Below the pieces are notes generated by a model. That model saw only the letters and a program-made list of their open reading frames with translations, made no database searches and was not told where the DNA came from. This document shows positions 1 through 10,612 of a DNA stretch of 64,000 nucleotides, in pieces. Position 1 is the first letter of the stretch. Every line of letters starts with the position of its first letter. The DNA is from a virus. A program made the translations under genes and the position numbers. The stretch lies in the IMG/VR virus record IMGVR_UViG_3300024294_000597; one strand, written 5' to 3'.

Positions 1-3000
1 CATGTTCCTGACTATGATATATATTTCTGGGATCGTGGGTTTGGTAATAATAACTTTACTGAATTACAGCAACGTTTCCCACGTATTCAATCAATGAATA
101 CAGAAACATTAACAGAGTTGCATGAACATGCACAGAAGAATTCTACATATAACTATTACTACGTTATCACAAGTGATACGACCGTAACCGATTTTAACTT
201 TGATTATGAGTTTGATTTTTCTTTAACAGAGGCAAGCCGTCAGCAAATTGTTGTATGGCAGAAAACAGACTATAAGAATAATGTACTTGAATATCAAGGC
301 GTAGGCTTATTCAGAAAAGATTTTAATCTATTCACTGAAAATAAGTATCAGCGTTTTGATTTTAGACGCAAAGCATTATATATTCCTTCAGAAGTTATTA
401 AGCCGGTTGAATATGATTTAGTTCGCACAGATAATCTAATGGATTTATCGCAAATTAAATCATGTGATACTGAAATGGTTTGGTTAGTAAGTAATGATGT
501 TGATGATTTTGTCACTGATTATTATCCTATGAGTTATGACAAAGATAATATTCATAACTTTAAAGTCACTATCGGTACTACAGAAGTTCGTAATGGAATT
601 AGATTAGTTCCAAGAAATTACGATGAAGAAAAGCAGAAAGATGTTGACAAAGTACTTGGTACTTTGAAACGTATTCCTGTAATTCATTCAAGCACATTAA
701 AAGGTGGGCTCTCACGTATTGAAACATATCCTACTATTATAGTGGATCCAGCAATAGAATCTAAATTTAATTTAGAACATACATTTGGTTGGTATCCTGA
801 TTTATATGACATGGTATCTGCCCATGTCCTAAGTAAGGGGTTAATTTATATTGCATCCGAATACGATGAATATAATATTAAAGAGCATGAATTAGACATG
901 ACATATATTCCAGACTATGATATATTTTTCTGGGATAAAGGTTGGGGTGAAAGCAATTTCAAAGAATTGCAAGATAAATTTGAACACAGAATTAAAAAAC
1001 TATCTGGCAATGCCTTAGAAGTTCACGAACAAGCAAGAGAACAAAGTAAATATAATTATTATTATATTATTACACCAGATACTGCAATATGGGATTTTAA
1101 ATTCGATTATGAGTTTGAATTTTCTATGACAGAAGAAGCTAGACAGCAAATAGTTGTTTGGCAACGAACAAATAAAGATGGCACACCTAGAGAATACTAT
1201 GGGTTAGGATTATTCAGAAAAGATATTAATTTATTCACAGAAAGTCAATATGAAAAGTTTAACTTTAAACGTAAAGCTATCTATGAAACTGATGAACAAG
1301 TTCGTGATGTAGAATTTCCTATTATTAAAACGACTAATCTATTAGATTTAAATTACGAAGTCGATACAGCAATGTACTGGTTAGTACACGAAGATGTAAA
1401 AGATTTTGACTGTAGTTATTATCCTATGTTATATGATAGTGACGCAATTCATAACTTTAAAGTTAATACATCAACTGGTATGCCTGTGCGTAACGGTATA
1501 AGACTTGTACCTCGTAATCCTAACGAAGAAAAACAAAAAGATGTAGATTTAATCGTAGGTACATTAAAAGAAATAGAAATAGTAGAAGCAAGAACACTAG
1601 AAGAAGCAGTGGAACTTGCAAATAATTATACTTTCTGGATGGTCAATCCTGACTTAAAACTTATTAATCCAATGATAGATGATTATTATCCTGACTTATA
1701 TAATTTAGGTCCAAGTCATATTTGGAAACAACGTTCAAGAAAAGGCAAAGATTTAGGTCATGGCGGACTAGCATTTAGTAATAAAGATTATCATTCAGAA
1801 AATGTTAATCTACATGATGAGTATGGTATGAGAGTGCCGGACAAACATAATATTAAAAAGTATTTCACACGTGATCCTTTCAAAGCGTATAAGCAATCAA
1901 AAGGTAGGGTGTTTTATTGGGTAATAGATACCGCGGTAGAGTTATTAGATACATTTGAATTTGATTACTATCCTGATATCTTTTCTATTGAAAATGTGTT
2001 TGCATTTAAAAGCGAAGAAGGAAAAGAAGCTGGAGTATATCTAGTTCATAGACCTCATCTTGAAAAATTTAATCCAAGTGAAGAAGACTTCTCATTCGAT
2101 AGATTTAAAAATATTATCCGAGTTGATGAGATAGCAAGTAGAGTTGTAGGACATCCTGCATTCTATTTTGATGAAGGTATGTACAAAGAACATGCCAAGT
2201 ATTTTAATGAACATACGAATATCGATGTAATTGATGCAAGTAAAGGACTTGATAAAGCATATATGAAAGCCGCAGGTATGACCAAATCGGGTTACTTCTG
2301 GGCTATCAATAATGATGTAGAATTAACAGAAGATTTCAGTAGAACATATTATGTAGACAGGCATCACAAGTCACACTTTCATGTATGGCCAAAAGAAAAT
2401 CCCTACACTGGTTACGTTCATCAATATGGTGGACTAAGCCTTATACCCACTGCCGCTCTAAAAGAGTTGAAGCCCGATGATGACAAACTTAGAAAAATGA
2501 ATTTCAAGAATAAGAAACCAGTTAAGTCTAAGAAAGCGTCTTCAAAAGATATTGCCTTTGATGTAGTGTTTCTTTCCTATCGTGAAAAAGAAGCAGAAGA
2601 AAATTATGCTAAATTACTTTCACGTGTACCAAATGCAAAACGAGTTCACGGAGTTAAAGGTATCTTTAATGCTCATAAACGTGCGGCTGAAATTGCAGAT
2701 ACTAAAATGTTTTATGTACTGGATGCTGATGCGATAATTACAGATGAATTCGAATTCGAATATTTCCCGACAGTATGGGACGAAGATGCAGTTCATGTTT
2801 GGAAGTCTAAAAATCCTATTAATGGATTGATATATGGTTTCGGTGGACTAAAACTATTCCCAACACAATTAGTGCGTGATGCAAAAGATTGGAACATTGA
2901 CTTTACAACGTCAATTTCAGATAAATTTAAACCAATGCCAGTTGTTGCAAACTACACAGCATTTAATACCAATCCATATGACACATGGAAGTCTGCATTC

Positions 3001-3246
3001 AGAGAATGTACTAAATTAAGTTCAAGCATTATTCACAATCGTAAAGAGGGTGATGATAATGAAAGACTTAATATTTGGTGTACGGTTGCTGATGAGAATG
3101 TTCCCTATGGTAAGTATTCAATAGCAGGTGCAAACGCAGGCAGAAAGTTTGGAAGTGAAAATGCGGGCAACCCAGAAAAATTAGGACTAATCAATGACTA
3201 TGATTGGTTGACTAAACAATTTAAACAGGACTTTAACGATGAGTAA
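1..3246 (+). CDS. Large multi-repeat glycosyltransferase-like (GT-A) protein; 5' end lies outside the window
   Basis: Frame is open from base 1 (HVPDYDIYFWDRGFG..., matching internal YIPDYDIFFWDKGWG). C-terminal module DVVFLSY...RVHGVKGIFNAH...FYVLDADA has a DxD motif; upstream modules are degenerate copies. Confidence 0.65.
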   Translation, partial: HVPDYDIYFWDRGFGNNNFTELQQRFPRIQSMNTETLTELHEHAQKNSTYNYYYVITSDTTVTDFNFDYEFDFSLTEASRQQIVVWQKTDYKNNVLEYQGVGLFRKDFNLFTENKYQRFDFRRKALYIPSEVIKPVEYDLVRTDNLMDLSQIKSCDTEMVWLVSNDVDDFVTDYYPMSYDKDNIHNFKVTIGTTEVRNGIRLVPRNYDEEKQKDVDKVLGTLKRIPVIHSSTLKGGLSRIETYPTIIVDPAIESKFNLEHTFGWYPDLYDMVSAHVLSKGLIYIASEYDEYNIKEHELDMTYIPDYDIFFWDKGWGESNFKELQDKFEHRIKKLSGNALEVHEQAREQSKYNYYYIITPDTAIWDFKFDYEFEFSMTEEARQQIVVWQRTNKDGTPREYYGLGLFRKDINLFTESQYEKFNFKRKAIYETDEQVRDVEFPIIKTTNLLDLNYEVDTAMYWLVHEDVKDFDCSYYPMLYDSDAIHNFKVNTSTGMPVRNGIRLVPRNPNEEKQKDVDLIVGTLKEIEIVEARTLEEAVELANNYTFWMVNPDLKLINPMIDDYYPDLYNLGPSHIWKQRSRKGKDLGHGGLAFSNKDYHSENVNLHDEYGMRVPDKHNIKKYFTRDPFKAYKQSKGRVFYWVIDTAVELLDTFEFDYYPDIFSIENVFAFKSEEGKEAGVYLVHRPHLEKFNPSEEDFSFDRFKNIIRVDEIASRVVGHPAFYFDEGMYKEHAKYFNEHTNIDVIDASKGLDKAYMKAAGMTKSGYFWAINNDVELTEDFSRTYYVDRHHKSHFHVWPKENPYTGYVHQYGGLSLIPTAALKELKPDDDKLRKMNFKNKKPVKSKKASSKDIAFDVVFLSYREKEAEENYAKLLSRVPNAKRVHGVKGIFNAHKRAAEIADTKMFYVLDADAIITDEFEFEYFPTVWDEDAVHVWKSKNPINGLIYGFGGLKLFPTQLVRDAKDWNIDFTTSISDKFKPMPVVANYTAFNTNPYDTWKSAFRECTKLSSSIIHNRKEGDDNERLNIWCTVADENVPYGKYSIAGANAGRKFGSENAGNPEKLGLINDYDWLTKQFKQDFNDE

Positions 3247-4183
3247 AATACAAGAAAGACGGAAGGCCAGATTTGATAAAAGTAAAATAACAAAGTCAGA
3301 CGACCTTTATGATAGCAAAGACCCATCAGTGGATATTAGTTCAGAAGTAGTACAAGATATACCTGAAAGCGAAGCTATTAAAATAACATCTACACCTGGA
3401 AAACGTAGAAAGATTAAACGAGATATACTTGCAAAAGATTATGATTATCAAACTATGGCAGTCGATTATTCAAAAGAAAACGTCAGCCAGCAATTATATA
3501 ATTATAGATGTGCAATGGAGTTTTTAGCACATGTCAAGTTAACGGATAATGATGCAATCGTAGATAGATTTAAAGATATGATTTATAGTTATCCGAATGT
3601 AGATATCAGTTCGTTTGCTAATAAAGAAAATGCACAGTTGTATAGTTGGATTATACAGCAAATGATTTATGTATATGGTCAGAAATACATTGGCGTAGTA
3701 TATCTACTAGGTGGTGGTATAGGCCTATTGGCTTCTATGCTATTAGATACGAAGATGCGTTTTGAAAATATTCGTTCATTTGATATCAATGGTACTGGCC
3801 AATTCTTGGCAGATGAATTACATAAGAAAGAATTACTACAAGACTGGAGGTTCAAAGCAAACACTCAGGATTTATTTGATATTAATTACATTGAAAATGA
3901 ATTTCAAACACGTTTGCAGAGTGGAAAACTTTCAGCACCTTACAAAGAGATACCAGGTACTATTATTAATTGTAGTGTTAGTCATTTAACTAATTTCCAG
4001 GATTGGTATGAAATGATTCCAGATACAAAAAGAGTAATAGTAGTTGGTGAAACTGGTGATGTGCCAAGGCCGTTTCCAAGTTCACAAAATTTCAACTTAA
4101 GATTTCCGATGTCATTTGAACAATACAGCGGAGTGATTACAGTTGGAGATAAACAATTCTTTATGAAAATGGGGCTTAAGTAA
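3239..4183 (+). CDS. Class I SAM-dependent methyltransferase-like protein
   Basis: LLGGGIG glycine loop, IRSFDIN acidic motif II, IINCSVSH; paralogous to the C-terminus of the next ORF. Confidence 0.6.
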   Translation: MSKIQERRKARFDKSKITKSDDLYDSKDPSVDISSEVVQDIPESEAIKITSTPGKRRKIKRDILAKDYDYQTMAVDYSKENVSQQLYNYRCAMEFLAHVKLTDNDAIVDRFKDMIYSYPNVDISSFANKENAQLYSWIIQQMIYVYGQKYIGVVYLLGGGIGLLASMLLDTKMRFENIRSFDINGTGQFLADELHKKELLQDWRFKANTQDLFDINYIENEFQTRLQSGKLSAPYKEIPGTIINCSVSHLTNFQDWYEMIPDTKRVIVVGETGDVPRPFPSSQNFNLRFPMSFEQYSGVITVGDKQFFMKMGLK

Positions 4184-5595
4184 TGAAGCCATATGAAATT
4201 GCAGATAGACTAAATCTACTTTATGGGAATAGTAGACCGATGCTATCTGAGTTAGAAAGAATTGTCAATACTGAGGAACTCAGTAGCGTGTTTACTTTAT
4301 CTTCTTACTTCTTAGGTAAGAAACATAGAGCAAACATGAATGCTCTAATGAATCTTGTTTATGAGAGACAAGTTTGTGATAACACATTCGTCCTGTTCAA
4401 AGTGTTAGACAAAATATCTCAAGACAAAGATTCATTGGATGCATTACGTAACTTCATGGCATGTGAAACTATTGATAGAAAATCAATGTATCTTGTTTTC
4501 AGAGTTTTAAATGGGATGTACCCAAATGAAACAGATGCCTTGGACGATTTAAAAAATATCGTTTGTGCCGAAGATGGCGAGTTTGATAGAGATTTAATAT
4601 TCTTATTGTTTAATATATTAGAGAAATTAATCGATGATGAGGAAGGGTTAGGTGCATTAAAAAATGTATGTGGTAATCATAACTTTATTAAATCACAAAC
4701 TGAATTATTATTCAGAGTAATAATGAATATTGAATATCCTGATGATGAAATATTTAGTGCATTAAAAAATATTATTGCAGTTGATACAGACCCAGACTTA
4801 TTTTTATTGTTCAAAGTTATTCAAGGGTTCGATGAATCAAATGAAGAAATTGCACAAGTTAAAAGTGCAACAATATTTAAGACAAAGATATTTGAATTAG
4901 CACATACCATCACTGAGGGAAAGTATACTATTCCTATGAACATGAAAAAGATGATTAATCGTTTTGAAGGCGATGCATTAACTGATGCATTCAGTAGAGG
5001 GCAATTACAATCTAAATTATGGTTAACAGATATAGTAAATAATTATGAAATTGATTTGGGTAAAACAATATATACATGTGCAGGATGGTATGGTGTTCTA
5101 CCAGCGTTGCTATTTGAACGTTGCAAGATTGAAGGAAATATATACAGTTTTGATATAGATCCAAGTACGGACAATCCAGCAGACACACTTAATAAAGAAT
5201 ATATCATTGACCAAATGAAATTCAAAGCATTTGTTAAAGATGTCGCAGACTTAAAATTCTCAGAAGAAACACTACCGATAAAACATTATAAATACAGTGA
5301 TGCAGTAAAGTTCGAAGTTATGGATACGACACATACAATTGGACAACCAACATGTGTTATCAATACTAGTTGTGAGCATATTGCAGAATTTGATAAATGG
5401 TGGAATGCTATTCCAAAAGGAACGCTAGTGATATTACAAAATAATGATTTTATTGAACATGATGACGAAACTGTTGTTAATACTAAAACAGATGTTGATA
5501 GTTGGGCTAAAGAACTAAACATGTCAAAAGAATTATTCAGAGGAACATTAGCATTAGAGTATTATAACCGTTATATGATTATCGGAGAGAAATAA
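4183..5595 (+). CDS. Methyltransferase-like protein with N-terminal helical repeats
   Basis: CAGWYG, IYSFDID and VINTSCEH in the C-terminal half; about five ALKN...LLFxVI repeats in the N-terminal half. Confidence 0.65.
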   Translation: MKPYEIADRLNLLYGNSRPMLSELERIVNTEELSSVFTLSSYFLGKKHRANMNALMNLVYERQVCDNTFVLFKVLDKISQDKDSLDALRNFMACETIDRKSMYLVFRVLNGMYPNETDALDDLKNIVCAEDGEFDRDLIFLLFNILEKLIDDEEGLGALKNVCGNHNFIKSQTELLFRVIMNIEYPDDEIFSALKNIIAVDTDPDLFLLFKVIQGFDESNEEIAQVKSATIFKTKIFELAHTITEGKYTIPMNMKKMINRFEGDALTDAFSRGQLQSKLWLTDIVNNYEIDLGKTIYTCAGWYGVLPALLFERCKIEGNIYSFDIDPSTDNPADTLNKEYIIDQMKFKAFVKDVADLKFSEETLPIKHYKYSDAVKFEVMDTTHTIGQPTCVINTSCEHIAEFDKWWNAIPKGTLVILQNNDFIEHDDETVVNTKTDVDSWAKELNMSKELFRGTLALEYYNRYMIIGEK

Positions 5596-6903
5596 GTGAA
5601 AAATGCTCGGGTCAGAGACTACATAAACAAAGAAAAGGTAGAAGCAAGGCAAGCCTTGAAGAAATTGCTAATGGAACACCAAGATGGCAAGAGCGACACT
5701 AGTAATTTTTGTGCGGCTCCATTTGCTCATATGTATGTTCACAGTAATGAAGGCCAACGAGTTTGTTGTATGTCTGGTGAAAATAGTTTAGTAACAGATG
5801 ACTTAGATTTAGATTTAGAAAAACGTTGGGGCAATGATTACTACCAAGAGTTTAGAAAACGATTTCTACGTAATGAGAGACCTAGTACTTGTGCGAAGTG
5901 TTATGACATAGAAGATGCAGGTGGCAGAAGCGATAGAATGAATTTCAATGCTATGTATAATCCAAAGATTCAACCAAATGTTGAAACAGGAAATCAATAC
6001 AATGCTCCTTTGGATTTAGATATTAGACCAGGCAATTTATGTAATCTAAAATGTCGTATGTGTGGACCTATATCAAGTTCACAGATGGAGAAAGAAATAA
6101 AAGATAATAGAGTAATACTGAAACCAATGTTAGGTGATGGTATTATAAGAAAATCAAATGTGTTAGAGAATGAATACAATATTGAGTTCTTGTTACAAGC
6201 GGCTGATAAAGGAGAGAGAATTAAGTTCCTAGGTGGTGAGCCAACAATTATGCCAGAAGTAGATAAATTTTTAGATATTCTTATTGATAAAGAATACTTT
6301 GATGTTCCAATACATTTTACAACAAACTGTACGAATAATAATAAAAGGTTCTTAGATAAATTATCTAAGTTCTCAAGGATATCATTTAATTATAGTATCG
6401 ACGGTATAGGCAAAGTAGTAGAATATATTAGAACACCAGTGAAGTTCTCAACAATAAATAAAACTATAAAGATATATCACAATATTGCACGTGGAGATAA
6501 ATTAAAATCACGTAAAAACGTATCAGAAATAAGTTTTACGTTGCAAGCCTACAATCTATTTAATTTATATGATACAGTCGTGTGGGCAAAAGAATTAGGG
6601 GTCACAGTTAGACCAGAAGTTTTAAGAGTTCCTGAATGGGATTCGATACGAAGCATTCCTCTTAGTATAAGAATACCATACTTAGAAGAATTGATTGAGA
6701 GATTTAATAAATGGGATGACGTATATGCTGAACGAGTTATGCCTGCATTGATTTATGCCCAGTCAGACGATAAAGAATATTCTCCATTGCATCTTGCAAG
6801 AGCAACTAAAAGATTTGATAAAGTTAGAGAACAGCATATCAAAGATTTTGTACCAGAAGTTTGGGAAGTTATTAAAAAGGATTATAATGATTTACAGTTA
6901 TGA
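5596..6903 (+). CDS. Radical SAM enzyme (type A, N-terminal auxiliary Cys cluster, twitch/SPASM-like)
   Basis: CNLKCRMC, FLGGEP, N-terminal CAAPF..CC..CAKC; GTG start. Confidence 0.9.
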   Translation: MKNARVRDYINKEKVEARQALKKLLMEHQDGKSDTSNFCAAPFAHMYVHSNEGQRVCCMSGENSLVTDDLDLDLEKRWGNDYYQEFRKRFLRNERPSTCAKCYDIEDAGGRSDRMNFNAMYNPKIQPNVETGNQYNAPLDLDIRPGNLCNLKCRMCGPISSSQMEKEIKDNRVILKPMLGDGIIRKSNVLENEYNIEFLLQAADKGERIKFLGGEPTIMPEVDKFLDILIDKEYFDVPIHFTTNCTNNNKRFLDKLSKFSRISFNYSIDGIGKVVEYIRTPVKFSTINKTIKIYHNIARGDKLKSRKNVSEISFTLQAYNLFNLYDTVVWAKELGVTVRPEVLRVPEWDSIRSIPLSIRIPYLEELIERFNKWDDVYAERVMPALIYAQSDDKEYSPLHLARATKRFDKVREQHIKDFVPEVWEVIKKDYNDLQL

Positions 6904-7975
6904 TGATGTAAGAGTAATACACTTGGAAATTACTGAGAAGTGCCAAGCGGCATGTCCTATGTGTGATAGAAATATACACGGTGGGGCTGATAATCCTAAC
7001 CTTGGACTACATGAATTAACATTAAAAGATATCAGAAAGATGATGCCTCCAGAGTTTGTGAAGCAGTTAGATAGAATTTATATGTGTGGCAACTTTGGAG
7101 ATCCAATTGTTGCAAAAGAAACACTGGAAGTATTTCAATACTTTCGTTCATGCAAGAAAGAACTTACTCTTGGTATGAATACAAATGCCGGAGCGAAGAA
7201 GCCAGAGTGGTGGAGAGAGTTAGCCAAGACATTGGGTAACTGGAGTTATGTTAAGTTTTCATTTGATGGATTGGGTGACACTAATCATTTATATAGACAG
7301 AATGTTAATTGGGATATAGCGTGGGAAAATGCAGTAGCATTTATCGAAGCAGGTGGCAAAGCACATTGGGATTATTTAATCTTTGAACACAACGAACATC
7401 AGGTAGAAGAGGCAAGAGCATTAGCAGAGAAGACAGGGTTTAAGAAGTTTATTCCTAAAAAGACCGGACGTTTCTTTTCAACGATGAAACAAGTTGGCAA
7501 AGATGAACACCAAGCTATGAATAGAAAAGGCGGAACAACGCAGTTACTACAGAAACCTAAGGAAGTTAAGTATCAAAATAAAGCACTAGAAAAGATTGAA
7601 GTGCTTAAAAAAGAACATGGGTCATTAGAAAACTATTTCGATAATGTAGAAATAAGTTGCAAAGTAGCCGCAGAGAAAAGCATATATGTTAGTGCAGAGG
7701 GTTTAATTTTGCCCTGTTGTTGGGTAGCAGGCAGTATGTATAAATGGTGGCAGAAGCCTGGCGAGAACCAAGTATGGGAATTGATACAACAATCAGGCGG
7801 CAAAGATGAGTTCAATGCAAAGGAACATGGAGTCAAACAGGTATTGGGCAATGAATACTTTTCTAAAAGACTTGTTGATAGTTGGGGTAAACCAAATACA
7901 CATGCAGGTAAACCAATGGTATGTTCACAAAAATGTGGAAAACAGTTTGATGCATTTGCGGAGCAGTTTAAATAA
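6887..7975 (+). CDS. Radical SAM enzyme (type B, C-terminal PCCW...CxxxCG)
   Basis: CQAACPMC, CGNFGDP, LPCCW, CSQKCG; start moved to ATG 6887 after AAAAGGA. Confidence 0.9.
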   Translation: MIYSYDDVRVIHLEITEKCQAACPMCDRNIHGGADNPNLGLHELTLKDIRKMMPPEFVKQLDRIYMCGNFGDPIVAKETLEVFQYFRSCKKELTLGMNTNAGAKKPEWWRELAKTLGNWSYVKFSFDGLGDTNHLYRQNVNWDIAWENAVAFIEAGGKAHWDYLIFEHNEHQVEEARALAEKTGFKKFIPKKTGRFFSTMKQVGKDEHQAMNRKGGTTQLLQKPKEVKYQNKALEKIEVLKKEHGSLENYFDNVEISCKVAAEKSIYVSAEGLILPCCWVAGSMYKWWQKPGENQVWELIQQSGGKDEFNAKEHGVKQVLGNEYFSKRLVDSWGKPNTHAGKPMVCSQKCGKQFDAFAEQFK

Positions 7976-9045
7976 TGGCTGAATTAAAACTCAGGATGAA
8001 AGCAGATACTTCATACCACGATATGTATGACAGATACGAGCCTATTGCTGGGAATGATTATATTATCGTTGATTGGATGATGGGGAATACTTGTAACTAT
8101 GCCTGTACTTATTGTGATGATTACTTTCATGACGGCAGTCAGCCTTGGCCTGAGGTAGATGTATTTCTAAAGTTCACTAAAAGATTAACAGACCATTATA
8201 GAGTTGTTGCTCCTGGTAAGAGAATACTATGGAACTTGTTAGGTGGTGAACCTACTGTCTGGCCTAAGTTTGAGGAAGTATTTCATAAGATGAAAGCATA
8301 CGACCCAAATGCTAGTGTAAGAATATTGACTAACGGTTCAAGAACCCTACGATGGTGGGAGAAGAATGCAAACATATTCGATGAAGTTATTATAAGTTAT
8401 CATCCACAAAGTGCAGACTATAAACATATAACAGAGGTATCAAACATACTTACTGACAAGGGAACGATATGTTCTATTCAGTCAGCTATATATCCTCCGT
8501 TAATAGAATTAAATTATGAAGCGGCTCAATATTACCATGAGAATTCTAAGTGCATAGTTCATAATTCGAAAGCATTACAAGAAACATTAGGCAGTGATAA
8601 TACATTTGTATATCCAGAAGGTGCGTTTGATAAATTAAGACAATGGGATGGACAGACAAAGTATCGGCAAGAGATAGATGACGCAGTTGAAAATGAATAT
8701 GAGCATATAATGACAATAAAGAAGTTCAAAAGAAAGAACTTTGGTAAGCAAATGCGATATATAAACACTAAGACGGGCAAATCAGAAGTGTTCGATAATG
8801 CAAATCACATAATGGAACAAGGACATAACTCTTGGAAGGGCTGGAAATGTATGATTGGAATAGAAGCATTGGTTGTTAATTTAAATGGAACAGTAACAAG
8901 TGGTAACAGTTGTTTCTTACACTTGTCTCATGGTAACATAAACAAACCAGACGAAATAGTATTTCCAACTGATGGCAGAATATGTCCACAAACGTGGTGC
9001 AGTTGCGTATCTGACACAGAAGTAACGAAATTTAAGGTGAAATAA
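7975..9045 (+). CDS. Radical SAM enzyme (type C)
   Basis: WMMGNTCNYACTYC, LGGEPT, C-terminal C..C..CxxxxCxC. Confidence 0.9.
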   Translation: MAELKLRMKADTSYHDMYDRYEPIAGNDYIIVDWMMGNTCNYACTYCDDYFHDGSQPWPEVDVFLKFTKRLTDHYRVVAPGKRILWNLLGGEPTVWPKFEEVFHKMKAYDPNASVRILTNGSRTLRWWEKNANIFDEVIISYHPQSADYKHITEVSNILTDKGTICSIQSAIYPPLIELNYEAAQYYHENSKCIVHNSKALQETLGSDNTFVYPEGAFDKLRQWDGQTKYRQEIDDAVENEYEHIMTIKKFKRKNFGKQMRYINTKTGKSEVFDNANHIMEQGHNSWKGWKCMIGIEALVVNLNGTVTSGNSCFLHLSHGNINKPDEIVFPTDGRICPQTWCSCVSDTEVTKFKVK

Positions 9046-9048
9046 ATA
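9042..9048 (+). promoter_or_regulatory. Putative T4-like late promoter (ATAAATA)
   Basis: ATAAATA 4 nt before ATG 9053; the same motif precedes several other genes. Confidence 0.45.
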
Positions 9049-9052
9049 CAGT

Positions 9053-10612
9053 ATGACCAAGAAAAACAATCCAGAATTAGAGAAAAACCTAGAAGAATTT
9101 CAACGTAGAACAGGTGCTCCAACAAAGACATTCTGCCTTTTGCCTTGGGTACATCTAAGCACACGACCTAATGGACATATGCGTGTTTGTTGTACAGCTA
9201 ATGCGAGTTCAGTTGGTCCTACTAATGACAAAGAACACGGCGGAGAAGTTGGTGTTCTAAAAAATGCTGATGGTAAACCTGCAAACTTAAATCACAGCGA
9301 CTTGATGTCAAGTTGGAATAATGATTACATGAAGAATGTGCGTAAGCAAATGCTTAATAACGAAATGCCTCCTAGTTGTATGAAATGTTACAAAGAGGAA
9401 GACGCAGGCCACATGTCAAAAAGATATTGGGAAACAGAATACTGGTCACGCAGAGTAGATATGGAAGAGGTTATCGCCGAGACGGCAGAAGATGGTTCTA
9501 TCCCTCCAAAGATTCGTTACTTGGATTTGCGACTTGGGTCGAAGTGTAACTTGAAATGTATCATGTGTTCACCACACGACAGTTCAATGTGGGTAAAAGA
9601 TTGGATTAAATTACATCCTAGTATTGAAAATGAGTCATTGAAAGAAACTATGCAATGGGGCAATAAAGGCCAGATTGATGGTGCAAGTTATAACTGGCAT
9701 AAAAAGAATGATGCATTCTGGGATCAGTTGTATGACCAAATACCACACATGAAACAATTATACTTTGCTGGTGGAGAAGCAACAATTATTGAAGAACATT
9801 ACACGTTGCTAGAAGAAGTTGTCGAAAGAGGATATGCTCCTGGTATTGAGTTGCGTTATAATTCAAATGGACTTGAAATGCCACAGCGTTTATTTGATTT
9901 GTGGAAACAGTTCAAGCGTGTACGTTTTCATTATTCAGTAGATAGTATTGGTGTAATGAATGATTATATTCGTTATCCAAGTGAATGGGAACACACAGTA
10001 AAGCAGTTTCATCTATTAGACAACACAGGACCTAATGTAGAAGTTACAGTAGCATGTGCAGTTCAGGCTCTAAACATTTATTACTTACCAGACTTTGTTA
10101 AGTGGAAACTAGAACAAAACTTTAAGAAGATTAACTTATGGCCGCTAGGTGCAGGTATGATTAACTATCACTTTGTTTATCACCCACCTCATCTAAACGT
10201 TAAAGTTCTTCCTAACTGGTTCAAAGAAATGACACATAAGAAATATGATATCTTCATCAAATGGTTAGAAGAAAACTGGGAGTTATGTACTAAAGGTTCA
10301 CTAACACCAGTAACATATGAAGATTGGCGCCAAGCATCATATGGTGTGAAAAGATTACAAGGTATGTTGCAGTTCTCAGAGAGCGGTGACTGGTCACGAC
10401 AGCGTATGCCAGAGTTTATTGAATATATTAACAAAATGGATGGGATACGTGAGACTAATTTCAGAGATGTATTCCCAGAGATGGCACCATTGCTAGATTG
10501 GACTCCAGATGACGGAGAAGATTGGGATGGTGAGTTTGATGACAGACTATTAAAAGAATTAGAAGACAACGGTTTTCACGTAAATCAGCAGGAGTTGGAC
10601 ATTGACAATTAA
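9053..10612 (+). CDS. Radical SAM enzyme (type A)
   Basis: CLLPW..CC..CMKC, CNLKCIMC, FAGGEA. Confidence 0.9.
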   Translation: MTKKNNPELEKNLEEFQRRTGAPTKTFCLLPWVHLSTRPNGHMRVCCTANASSVGPTNDKEHGGEVGVLKNADGKPANLNHSDLMSSWNNDYMKNVRKQMLNNEMPPSCMKCYKEEDAGHMSKRYWETEYWSRRVDMEEVIAETAEDGSIPPKIRYLDLRLGSKCNLKCIMCSPHDSSMWVKDWIKLHPSIENESLKETMQWGNKGQIDGASYNWHKKNDAFWDQLYDQIPHMKQLYFAGGEATIIEEHYTLLEEVVERGYAPGIELRYNSNGLEMPQRLFDLWKQFKRVRFHYSVDSIGVMNDYIRYPSEWEHTVKQFHLLDNTGPNVEVTVACAVQALNIYYLPDFVKWKLEQNFKKINLWPLGAGMINYHFVYHPPHLNVKVLPNWFKEMTHKKYDIFIKWLEENWELCTKGSLTPVTYEDWRQASYGVKRLQGMLQFSESGDWSRQRMPEFIEYINKMDGIRETNFRDVFPEMAPLLDWTPDDGEDWDGEFDDRLLKELEDNGFHVNQQELDIDN

